The notes beneath the pieces are model-generated. The model was not told the DNA's origin, searched no databases, and worked only from the letters and a program-made list of their open reading frames with translations. Positions 54,962 to 64,000 of a DNA stretch of 64,000 bases are shown here, piece after piece. The translations under genes and the position numbers were made by a program. The DNA is taken from the IMG/VR virus record IMGVR_UViG_3300002835_000064; one strand, written 5' to 3'. This DNA is from a virus. Its lineage: Duplodnaviria; Heunggongvirae; Uroviricota; Caudoviricetes. Position 1 is the first letter of the stretch, and each line of letters begins with the position of its first letter.

Positions 54962-57900
54962 ATGTTATCTGCCGGCTTACAATTTATTGGTGGAGCAGTA
55001 AGTTCCAATCTTATCTTACCGTTTACCAACAATTTAGCATCCATTACACCAGAACGCGGGTCAATCGTTTATAATACAGGTGTTAATCCTGGTATTTACA
55101 TATATAATGGAACCACATGGATGGACGTAGTCCCAGTTCCAGACGGCGACCCATCAAAAATTATTTCATCAAATACACTTCCAGCATTTACAGGTGATGT
55201 TCGTTCGGTAGCCGGATCTGCAACATTATTATTAAATGATATTTTACCAGACTTAATTGGTGATGAAGCTACTTATAATTCAGTCGTAGTTAATAGTAAA
55301 GGTCAGATTATTGATGGGTATTACTATACCACATTAACCGATATGGGTATATCTGATGCGGATGAATTATTATTAAACAAAGAAATAATTGATAATAAAG
55401 GTATGCCGGATGGTTACGCCGGTTTAGATTCCGATGCATATTTGTTAGCTGAAAATTTTCCGGGATTTACTGGAGACGTAGTTTCAGTTCCCGGTACTAA
55501 TATATTAACCTTAAAATCATTAAATAATGCATCTAACCCATTAGTTTCAATTACCGGAACTTATAATTCAGTTATCGTTAATAATAAAGGTTTAGTAATT
55601 GGTGGTACTAAATTAGATTTATATACAAAATCGGAAGTTGATTTTTTAATTGGTAGTAATGTTTATCAACTCGATACTCAATTAGTTAATATAGCTGGAA
55701 CTCAAACTCCAATTAATTATAAAAATTCAAAATATGCTATATTAAATAATACCGCTGCAGCTAGTGCAAAAAAGGGTGATATTGCTGTCGTTACTGCAGT
55801 TAATACTACTTACGTTAGAAAACAAATAACTGAAGATATTTTATCTGATTGGATTGAATTACCTCAGCGCGATAATGGATTAAGTGGCGTCGATATTACA
55901 TCTAGATTAACCCTTGATCTTAGATTAACTAATACTTCAGCTGGATTGCAGATTATTAATTCAGCTAATCCGGGTCGTAGATTTTCATTACCTGCTCCAT
56001 CTACAGTTCAAACTGGCGGACCATTATTCATCTTTAAAAATAAAGATATTACTAATGGATTTAAATTATTTACATCGACTGGTAATTTCTTATTTGATGT
56101 GAATAGTGATTCTACTGTTAGTGTTTATCTAGCCGGATCAACTGACTTAGATTGGATGTTCGTCGATCATAGCTTAAAAGGTCGCGAATTATCAAGTAAT
56201 AAATCAGCCAATACATCATTAGTTGGAACTAATAATGTTTCTAGTGATACTTTATATCCGACTCAAAAAGCAGTTAAAACTTACGTCGATAATAAAATAT
56301 CTGACAATATTACCAGTATAAAAGGAACCTCTATTACAACTGGCGGTAATGCCCCAGAATTAATTAATGCTGGTTTAGCCACATTAGATAAAAATAATTT
56401 ATTAACAATTGAGCAATTACCGCCTCAAGCTATTGCTAAAGTTTATAGTTTACCTGCGACGTATGATAAAGATGGTCAAACGTATACAACTTCTACGATA
56501 AATTATTTGGATGCATTATATGCTTATGCATCGACCAATAATATTGAATACAATATCGGTGATACTTTAGTTATCGATAGTCTTAAAAAGACTTTTATTG
56601 TTCAATCTGTTGGGCCAGTTCATTTCCTTGATTTACCGGTTGGTGTTACTTCTGTTAATGGTCGAATTGGTGCCGTTACTATAGATGCAAGTGATGTTTC
56701 TACTGGTGTATTTGACCCTAGTTTAATACCGAACGTTACATCTATTAGCTCAGTTAGAAATCATGGTCCTATCACCGAATCGTTAGTACTAACCAAGGAT
56801 TCTGAAAATATTCAGTTGTTTAGTACACAAACCGATAATTTAAATATTAAATTACCAGCTGTATCGTCAATGTCTGCGGTCGGCGTTAAATTTATTATTA
56901 AAAATACAGGTTTCGTTACTGAAAAATCAATAGATATTAAAAATTCAGCTAATACTACATTATATACATTAGCTCCAAACCAAGCAGTTACTGCGATATT
57001 AGTTAATAAGGATATTGATGATGCCTCATCTTGGATTGTAGCTGGTTATGCGGTTCCGGATCGATTTGCTGAATTAGATCGCAATAAAAAAATATTAGCA
57101 GCTCAATTACCGACCTTTACTGGTGATGTTACTTCTGATGGAACTGATATTACGATTAAAGATGCACCATTTTATAATGAATCGTATACTGATGAGTTTT
57201 ATGGTTATACGAAAGTTAATAGACAAGGTTTAATTACCGACGTTAAAAATAGATTAGTTACTATATCAGATATCAATCAATTACCAGAATTGAGTGATGA
57301 TACTTTTGATCCAGATATTAGATATTCAATAGCGGATACAAAATTAGTTTATACTTGGGATGGAAGTAAATATGTTCTAGTAGATAACTTATATGCAGCC
57401 CATAATTATATTATAAGTACATTAGGGGCCGATAAATCACACATCATTAAACCAGGATCGAAAGCATTATTAGCAACTAAAGGTGATTTAGTTCATATTT
57501 TATCCGAGAAAAAAACCTATTATTTAAATAGCCCTAATTCATCCGTTTTAGCTAATTGGGTTGAATTGTTTGCTAATTTAGAGGGTGTTGAATTTGCAGC
57601 GAATAAAAATAAAATCGATGGTTATGCTGGTTTAGATGCATCGGGTAAATTAGATTTAACTCAAATCCCAGCTTTTGCGTATACTAAAGTAGAATCAGAT
57701 GCTAAATATGCAGATAAAACATTATTAGGTGATCGAAATACAGCTGGTGGTTATTTAGGTTTAAATTTAGATAATAAAATAGATTCTGCTTATTTACCTG
57801 CGATTACAACTAATAATATCGCAACTGTTACTACTATAGCAGAACGTGATGCATTAGTTGCATCTATTGGTGATATGGCTATAGTGATGGGGTCTGTAAA

Positions 57901-60900
57901 TAAGAATTATATCTTATCTGCAACCGAGCCTAATGTTTGGACTGAATTAGCTAATCCGACCGGAGGTGTAACCTCAATAAACGGTAATACGGGGGTTATT
58001 AGTTTAACATTAGCGAATATATCGGGAACCTTACCTGCGACTGCTTTACCGACGTTTACTGGTGATATTTTACGAGCAAATGGCTCAGCTGAACTGACTA
58101 TTGCTAAATTAAACGGTATCGTATTAGATTCATCGTTTAATGGAACAACATTGCCATCAGACGGTGCAGTTTTTACTTATTCGGTAGCTGGCGGTAAAGC
58201 AACTTGGCGCCCATTAACAATCAATAATTTATCTGGAACATTAAGCCCGACTGCATTACCTGCATTGATCGGTGATGTTACTTCTATCGCTGGAACTAAT
58301 AATTTAGCAATTAATAAATTAAACGGTATTAATTTAGATCCAGCATTTAGTGATTCAGTTTTACCTGACGATGGTGATGTATTTACTTTCTCTGCGACCG
58401 GCGCTAAAGCAACTTGGAAACCATTAAATGCGAGTAGCTTTACTACCGGAACATTATCAATTAATATTTTACCAGCATTCGCTGGCGATGTTTCATCAGT
58501 TGCTGGAACAAACGAATTAGTTATATCTAAAATTAACGGTATTGCATTAGATACTGAATTTAATAAAGATAACTTACCAATTGATGGTTCCATTTTAACT
58601 TATTCGTCATCTACTTCTAAAATAGCATGGAAAGCATTTGATGCAAGTATAATGGTAACTGGAACGTTAGGAATCGGTAGGTTACCAGCGTTTACTGGAG
58701 ATGTAACGTCTACTTTAGGAACCAATACTTTAACCTTATCGAATACTGGAGTCGTTGCTGGAACGTATAATTCAGTAACGGTGGATGCAAAAGGTCGTGT
58801 TACTGCTGGATCATCATTTGAAACCTATTCAAAAACAGAAGCCGATGCAAAATACTTACTAAAAACAGCTCTAGGTAATAGAGATGAAGCGGGTGGATAT
58901 GTCGGTTTAAATAATGCGAAAAAAATCGACCCTTCTTTCTTACCAGCAATTACATTAAATACGTCATATAGTGTTACTACATTAGAAGAAAGAGATGCAT
59001 TAACAACCACTAATATTGGCGATATCGCTATTGTAACTGGTGATATAAATGCGACTTATATTTTATCGAATGCGTCACCAAAGACTTGGACTTTATTATC
59101 AAATCCATTAAGTGCAGGATCTGGTTTTAACCCAGATAGTTTTGTTTTAGCTGATATTAAAGGTAATTTATCAGCGGAAGCATTACCAGCATTTACTGGT
59201 GATGTTACTTCAGTTGCTGGGACTAATATATTAACATTATCTAATACTAATGCAATTGCCGGTACTTATAATAATGACGCTAGTGCAATAACTCCATTTA
59301 CTGTCGATACTAAAGGTCGAATTGTTAGTGTTGGATCTCCAGTTACTATCAAACCACATTTTACTGATATTATTGGGATGCCTGCATCATTAGCCGATTT
59401 CGGTATTGGTGATTTATATACTAAAGCACAAATAGATACCTTAATAACTAATAAATTAGAAAAAAATGCGGATATTGTTGCTGGTTCAGGTTTTAAAATT
59501 ACTTATGACACAAAAGGTTTAATTACTGGCAGTTCAGATTTATTATTAGCTGATATCCCAGCATTACCGGCAGATAAAATTACATCTGGCATCATTGATA
59601 TTAATAGATTACCAGCTAATTTAGTATTTAAAGATGAATCTGGTAGTATTCCATCATCGTTAATTCCATCAGTTTCATTAACTAGTACAGTAACTCCAGC
59701 TACCACTGCGGATATGACTTCGTCTACTGCATCTACTGGTACTTTAGCTATTATTACGAACGACCCAGATCCGACTAAAAATGGATCTTATATTAAAGCG
59801 GATGATGGTTCATGGAAACAATTATCAGTACCGACTGGAACAGTTGCTTCGATTAACGGCAAATCAGGTAATATTGAAAAAATATTACCAGAAGATATAG
59901 CCGGTTTATTTGCAGATGATTTAAATAAAACATTATTAACTTCAAAATTACCGTTATTTGATGGTGATATAGTTTCAACTGCAAATAATAGAAATATATT
60001 AACTTTAAAAGATATTCCGACTATAACCGAAAATATTAGTTATACTTCAGTTAAAGTAAATAGTAAAGGTATAGTAATTGGCGGTATAATTGGCGATAAT
60101 TATAATAAAGCTGATATCGATGATAAATTTGTTACTAAATTATCTTTAGGTGAGAAAAATGCAATTGGTGGTTATGTTAGTTTAAATCTATCGAATGCAA
60201 TTCCAGCAGAACATTTACCGATATTTGACGGCGATGTTGTTTCTACATCATTTGCGAGAAATACATTAACATTAAAAGATATGCCTGGTTTAGTAGAAGG
60301 CGCTTCTTATTCTTCTATTACTGTAAACAAAAAAGGTTTAGTAATTGGTGGTTCAATCGGAACTAACTACTCCAAAGAAGAAATCGATACTAAATTTTTA
60401 TCGAAATCAATTGCTGGCGATCGTAATGCACCAGATGGTTTTGCCGGATTAAATTCAGACGGTAAAATCGATTCGGCTTATTTACCATCTATTACATTAA
60501 ACAATATCAAATCAGTTACTACAATTGCTGCGAGAGATGCATTAGTAGCAAAAATTGGTGATATTGCTATCGTATCCGGTAATATCAATAAAACCTATAT
60601 ATTATCGTCATTAACACCAAAAATTTGGAACGAAATGTTAAGTCCAACTGGTGGTGTTACGTCAGTTAATGGTAATATCGGGGCTGTTACTTTAGATTTA
60701 TCTAATTTACCTGGTAATTTAGCAATGGAAAATGCGCCAGTTTATACAACTGGCGATGTAATAACTAATGTTGATACCCATGAATTATCATTAAATACAA
60801 TTGATGGATTAGCGGCCGGGACTTATAGTAAAGTTACGGTTAATAATAAAGGTTTAGTAATAGCAGCAACTCAATTGACATTAGCTGATATTCCAGATTT

Positions 60901-63900
60901 ATCTTGGGATAAAATTAAATTAAATAAACCCACTACCTTAGCAGAATTTGGTATTACTGATGTTGTATCTGCGAGTGATGTTAGATTAACTGATTCTAGA
61001 ACACCATTAGCTCATACTCATGCTATTGCAGATATTATCGATTTAAGATCCGAATTAGACAGTAAAATGATCGGTAACCCGACTATTATTGCAAAAACCG
61101 GATTTAAAATATCATATGATGCAAAAGGTTTAGTAACAAGTAGTTCAGAACTCACATTAGCTGATATTCCTGAGTTATCTGCAGATAAAATTACATCTGG
61201 ATTAATTGATGTTAATCGATTACCGACTAATGTAGTTTTGATGGATTCTAATGGTAATTTACCATCTAATTTAATTCCTACGGTTTCATTAACTGGAACC
61301 ATTACTGTTGCTTCTTATGCTGCGATGATAGGTAGTACATCATCTGCGGTAGGAACTGCAGCTATAGTAACATCGGACCCAGATCCATCTAAAAACGGAA
61401 CATATATTAAAGCTGCCGGTAATATCTGGCGTACTTTAGTTACTCCAACTAATACGGTTTTATCAATTAATAGTAAATTTGGCCATATTGGTAAAATTAC
61501 TCCAGATGATATATCGGGTGTGTTTGCCGATGATGCAAATAAAACAATATTACCATCTAAATTACCTGATTTTGATGGCGATGTGATTTCTTCTACTTCA
61601 TCTAAAAATACTTTATTATTAAAAGAAATTCCTGGTTTATCTGAAAATGTTAGTTATTCATCCGTTCGAGTAAATAGCAAAGGTTTAGTTATCAGCGGTA
61701 TAGTCGGCGATAATTATACTAAAACGGAAATTGATAGTAAATTTATTCCAAAAACTGCATTAGGTGAACGCAATATAGCTGGCGGATACGCAGGATTAAA
61801 TCCATCTAATACTATAGATGCAGATCAATTACCAGCATTTGAAGGAGATGTAATATCATCAGCTTCTCATAAAAATGTTTTAACCTTAAAAGAAGTTCCT
61901 GGTTTAATTGAAAATATTAATTATGCATCAGTTAAAGTAAATAGTAAAGGTATAGTAATTGGTGGTATAGTCGGTGAAAATTATACTAAGGATGAAATAG
62001 ATAGCAAATTCTTATTAAAATCGGTTTCTGGTGATAAAAATGCAGCTGGTGGTTTCGTAGGATTAAATTCATCATTAAAAATAGATCCAGCGTATTTACC
62101 AGCAATTACATTAAATTCAATTAAAGCAGTTACTACAATTGCAGAACGAGATTTATTATCAGTTCGAGTTGGTGATGTTGCTATAGTTGCTGGTTCAGTT
62201 AATAAGACCTTTATCTTAGCAGATACATCACCAAAAACTTGGATTGAAATGTTAAATCCAGTTGGTGGTGTTGCTTCAGTTAATGGTAATACTGGAGCTG
62301 TTGTTTTAGATTTATCTAATTTATCGGGAACTTTATCAATTGATAAATTGCCTGCATTTACAACTGGAGATGTAATTACTAATTCAACAACAAAAGAATT
62401 AGAATTAAAAACGATTGGTGGTTTAATCGCAGGTACGTATAGTAAAGTAACTATCAATAATAAAGGGTTGGTAACTAATGCATCTCAATTATCAGCATCA
62501 GATATTCCAGATTTATCCTGGGATAAAATTATTAATAAACCGACTACGTTGGCTGAATTTGGTGTCGGTGATGTCGTTTTAACGACTGATGTTAGATTAA
62601 ATAATGCAAGAGAACCATTAGCTCATACGCATACGATTAGTAATATTCTTGGATTGCAAGATACCTTAGATAATGTATTATCTAAAAATATTGATATTAC
62701 ACCGAATACTGCAACTAAAGTAACATATGATAATAAAGGTTTGATAACTGGTAGTGAATCATTAGCGGCGGCTGATATTCCTAATTTAGATATTAGTAAA
62801 ATTACCGGATTACAAGATACATTAACTTTATTACAAACTTCATCTAGTACTGGCTTAGCTAAAAATGCAGATATCGTAGCTGGAGTCGGCACTAAAATAT
62901 CATATGATATTAAAGGTTTGGTAACTGGTAGTTCTAATTTAACCGCAACCGATATTCCAACGTTACCGATTAATAAAATTTCTGGTCTGCAATTAGCGTT
63001 CGATGATAAAGTTACTAAAAATGCAAATATACCTGCGGGATCCGGGTTTAAAATTACATATGATGCTAAAGGTTTAGTAACTGGTAGTTCTAATTTAACA
63101 TCATTGGATATACCACTATTAAGCATTAATCAGGTTGATGGTTTACAAGCTAGTTTAGATACTAAATTAACAAAACCTAGTCAAATTACTGCTGGTTCCG
63201 GTACTAAAATTACATTTAATGCCGACGGTTTAGTAACCTCAGGTACTGCGATGACTGATGCCGATTTACCGAATCTAGCCATTTCAAAAATTACTGGATT
63301 GCAATCAGCATTAGATAATAAATTAACTAAAAATGTAAATGTTATTGCTGGTACTGGCGTTAAAATTACATATGATGCTAAAGGTTTAGTAACTGGTAGT
63401 TCAATATTAACATCGACTGATATTCCGACTTTGCCGTCAACTAAAATTAGTGGGTTACAAAATATATTAGATTCCGTTATGTATGCTAATGTTCCTATTA
63501 CATCAGGCACTGCAGCTAAAATAACATATGATGAAAAAGGATTAGTAACTGCCGGTACATCATTAATCGCATCCGACATACCAGATTTAAACATCAGTCA
63601 AATTACTGGATTACAAGATGCATTATCTGGTGGGGCAACTGCCGATTTATTAAATACCGCAATTGATGCATTGAAAGATAATGTTGCGGCTGAAGGTGAT
63701 ACACTTAAAAAATTATACGATTTAATCGTTGCTAGTTTTAAAGAGATTACAGTAGCTGATACTGCAGCTAGAGATGCATTTGATGTTAAAACTTTACCGA
63801 CTAATTTATTCGTTTCTGATGATGGTGATGGTCATTGGGCATTATATAAAGCAACGTCTACTGGAATTGGAGCTACTTTCATTAAGTTATCAGATCCAGA

Positions 63901-64000
63901 TTTATTAAATTCGTCTATTGGTTTTAATCCAGAAAACGTTATTAATAAATCAGCTGATACTACGTTAGGTGGTTTAACGCCAGACGATATTAAATACCCA
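54962..64000 (+). CDS. giant tail fibre protein, more than 3012 codons, open at the window end (3' partial)
   Basis: Uninterrupted reading frame from the ATG at 54962 to the end of the window; N-terminus MLSAGLQFIGGAVSSNLILPFTNN..GSIVYNTGVNPGIYIYNGTTW is paralogous to 53350; the upstream TTTGGAGTTAAT...ATG context is duplicated; two R-x-P-L-A-H-T-H motifs. Confidence 0.65.
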   Translation, partial: MLSAGLQFIGGAVSSNLILPFTNNLASITPERGSIVYNTGVNPGIYIYNGTTWMDVVPVPDGDPSKIISSNTLPAFTGDVRSVAGSATLLLNDILPDLIGDEATYNSVVVNSKGQIIDGYYYTTLTDMGISDADELLLNKEIIDNKGMPDGYAGLDSDAYLLAENFPGFTGDVVSVPGTNILTLKSLNNASNPLVSITGTYNSVIVNNKGLVIGGTKLDLYTKSEVDFLIGSNVYQLDTQLVNIAGTQTPINYKNSKYAILNNTAAASAKKGDIAVVTAVNTTYVRKQITEDILSDWIELPQRDNGLSGVDITSRLTLDLRLTNTSAGLQIINSANPGRRFSLPAPSTVQTGGPLFIFKNKDITNGFKLFTSTGNFLFDVNSDSTVSVYLAGSTDLDWMFVDHSLKGRELSSNKSANTSLVGTNNVSSDTLYPTQKAVKTYVDNKISDNITSIKGTSITTGGNAPELINAGLATLDKNNLLTIEQLPPQAIAKVYSLPATYDKDGQTYTTSTINYLDALYAYASTNNIEYNIGDTLVIDSLKKTFIVQSVGPVHFLDLPVGVTSVNGRIGAVTIDASDVSTGVFDPSLIPNVTSISSVRNHGPITESLVLTKDSENIQLFSTQTDNLNIKLPAVSSMSAVGVKFIIKNTGFVTEKSIDIKNSANTTLYTLAPNQAVTAILVNKDIDDASSWIVAGYAVPDRFAELDRNKKILAAQLPTFTGDVTSDGTDITIKDAPFYNESYTDEFYGYTKVNRQGLITDVKNRLVTISDINQLPELSDDTFDPDIRYSIADTKLVYTWDGSKYVLVDNLYAAHNYIISTLGADKSHIIKPGSKALLATKGDLVHILSEKKTYYLNSPNSSVLANWVELFANLEGVEFAANKNKIDGYAGLDASGKLDLTQIPAFAYTKVESDAKYADKTLLGDRNTAGGYLGLNLDNKIDSAYLPAITTNNIATVTTIAERDALVASIGDMAIVMGSVNKNYILSATEPNVWTELANPTGGVTSINGNTGVISLTLANISGTLPATALPTFTGDILRANGSAELTIAKLNGIVLDSSFNGTTLPSDGAVFTYSVAGGKATWRPLTINNLSGTLSPTALPALIGDVTSIAGTNNLAINKLNGINLDPAFSDSVLPDDGDVFTFSATGAKATWKPLNASSFTTGTLSINILPAFAGDVSSVAGTNELVISKINGIALDTEFNKDNLPIDGSILTYSSSTSKIAWKAFDASIMVTGTLGIGRLPAFTGDVTSTLGTNTLTLSNTGVVAGTYNSVTVDAKGRVTAGSSFETYSKTEADAKYLLKTALGNRDEAGGYVGLNNAKKIDPSFLPAITLNTSYSVTTLEERDALTTTNIGDIAIVTGDINATYILSNASPKTWTLLSNPLSAGSGFNPDSFVLADIKGNLSAEALPAFTGDVTSVAGTNILTLSNTNAIAGTYNNDASAITPFTVDTKGRIVSVGSPVTIKPHFTDIIGMPASLADFGIGDLYTKAQIDTLITNKLEKNADIVAGSGFKITYDTKGLITGSSDLLLADIPALPADKITSGIIDINRLPANLVFKDESGSIPSSLIPSVSLTSTVTPATTADMTSSTASTGTLAIITNDPDPTKNGSYIKADDGSWKQLSVPTGTVASINGKSGNIEKILPEDIAGLFADDLNKTLLTSKLPLFDGDIVSTANNRNILTLKDIPTITENISYTSVKVNSKGIVIGGIIGDNYNKADIDDKFVTKLSLGEKNAIGGYVSLNLSNAIPAEHLPIFDGDVVSTSFARNTLTLKDMPGLVEGASYSSITVNKKGLVIGGSIGTNYSKEEIDTKFLSKSIAGDRNAPDGFAGLNSDGKIDSAYLPSITLNNIKSVTTIAARDALVAKIGDIAIVSGNINKTYILSSLTPKIWNEMLSPTGGVTSVNGNIGAVTLDLSNLPGNLAMENAPVYTTGDVITNVDTHELSLNTIDGLAAGTYSKVTVNNKGLVIAATQLTLADIPDLSWDKIKLNKPTTLAEFGITDVVSASDVRLTDSRTPLAHTHAIADIIDLRSELDSKMIGNPTIIAKTGFKISYDAKGLVTSSSELTLADIPELSADKITSGLIDVNRLPTNVVLMDSNGNLPSNLIPTVSLTGTITVASYAAMIGSTSSAVGTAAIVTSDPDPSKNGTYIKAAGNIWRTLVTPTNTVLSINSKFGHIGKITPDDISGVFADDANKTILPSKLPDFDGDVISSTSSKNTLLLKEIPGLSENVSYSSVRVNSKGLVISGIVGDNYTKTEIDSKFIPKTALGERNIAGGYAGLNPSNTIDADQLPAFEGDVISSASHKNVLTLKEVPGLIENINYASVKVNSKGIVIGGIVGENYTKDEIDSKFLLKSVSGDKNAAGGFVGLNSSLKIDPAYLPAITLNSIKAVTTIAERDLLSVRVGDVAIVAGSVNKTFILADTSPKTWIEMLNPVGGVASVNGNTGAVVLDLSNLSGTLSIDKLPAFTTGDVITNSTTKELELKTIGGLIAGTYSKVTINNKGLVTNASQLSASDIPDLSWDKIINKPTTLAEFGVGDVVLTTDVRLNNAREPLAHTHTISNILGLQDTLDNVLSKNIDITPNTATKVTYDNKGLITGSESLAAADIPNLDISKITGLQDTLTLLQTSSSTGLAKNADIVAGVGTKISYDIKGLVTGSSNLTATDIPTLPINKISGLQLAFDDKVTKNANIPAGSGFKITYDAKGLVTGSSNLTSLDIPLLSINQVDGLQASLDTKLTKPSQITAGSGTKITFNADGLVTSGTAMTDADLPNLAISKITGLQSALDNKLTKNVNVIAGTGVKITYDAKGLVTGSSILTSTDIPTLPSTKISGLQNILDSVMYANVPITSGTAAKITYDEKGLVTAGTSLIASDIPDLNISQITGLQDALSGGATADLLNTAIDALKDNVAAEGDTLKKLYDLIVASFKEITVADTAARDAFDVKTLPTNLFVSDDGDGHWALYKATSTGIGATFIKLSDPDLLNSSIGFNPENVINKSADTTLGGLTPDDIKYP
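59466..62690 (+). repeat. tandem segmental duplication of a ~1.6-kb module (about 59466-61080 and 61080-62690) inside the giant fibre gene, followed by about seven ~150-nt tandem repeats (62690-63600)
   Basis: Colinear protein modules with roughly 60-70% identity (e.g. LPLFDGDIVSTANNRNILTLKDIPTITENISYTSVKVNSKGIVIGGIIGDNY vs LPDFDGDVISSTSSKNTLLLKEIPGLSENVSYSSVRVNSKGLVISGIVGDNY; both end in PLAHTH); a near-identical 40-mer aaaattacatatgatgctaaaggtttagtaactggtagttc occurs at about 63051 and 63361. Confidence 0.7.

Noticed and set aside
58177-63594. Seven minus-strand ORFs (58177-58593 ... 63181-63594) in the last 6 kb
   Set aside because: All antisense to the uninterrupted >3000-codon plus-strand fibre frame; their translations mirror the fibre repeats (P/V/A/L-rich)

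Overview
This window is an AT-rich segment of a T4-like tailed-phage (myovirus) genome. It is gene-dense, has no rRNA or tRNA, and has short intergenic hairpins with T-runs. Several T4 core genes are recognisable by direct motif comparison with what I remember of the T4 proteins: GH24 endolysin, clamp-loader gp44, prohead protease gp21, scaffold gp22-like, major capsid gp23, topoisomerase II subunits gp39 (unsplit) and gp52, and PhoH. The tail/baseplate operon on the minus strand (20182 down to 3572) instead follows a P2-like order: tape measure, spike (gpV/gp5-like), gp25/W, gp6/J-like, then two paralogous fibre genes. It appears to be driven by a T4-type late promoter (TATAAATA). Between the topoisomerase genes and the head genes lies an accessory island (27.8-34.7 kb). 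It encodes a protein carrying a type-I PRTase motif, an SPFH/band-7 lipoprotein with tiny membrane partners, and a Sir2 (sirtuin) homologue without a zinc ribbon. The last ~27 kb (37.4-64 kb) is a large set of fibre and adhesin genes. It contains a 1511-aa fibre and a three-member paralog family that shares an Ig/cadherin-like N-module. One member of that family (1820 aa) adds a (GGTGGS)n linker encoded by an 18-nt tandem repeat, a PA14-like domain and an FG-GAP beta-propeller. It also contains a 504-aa fibre and a giant fibre gene longer than 3000 codons that runs off the window and carries internal 1.6-kb and ~150-nt tandem duplications. All product calls come from motifs read in the translated ORFs; no database search was possible.
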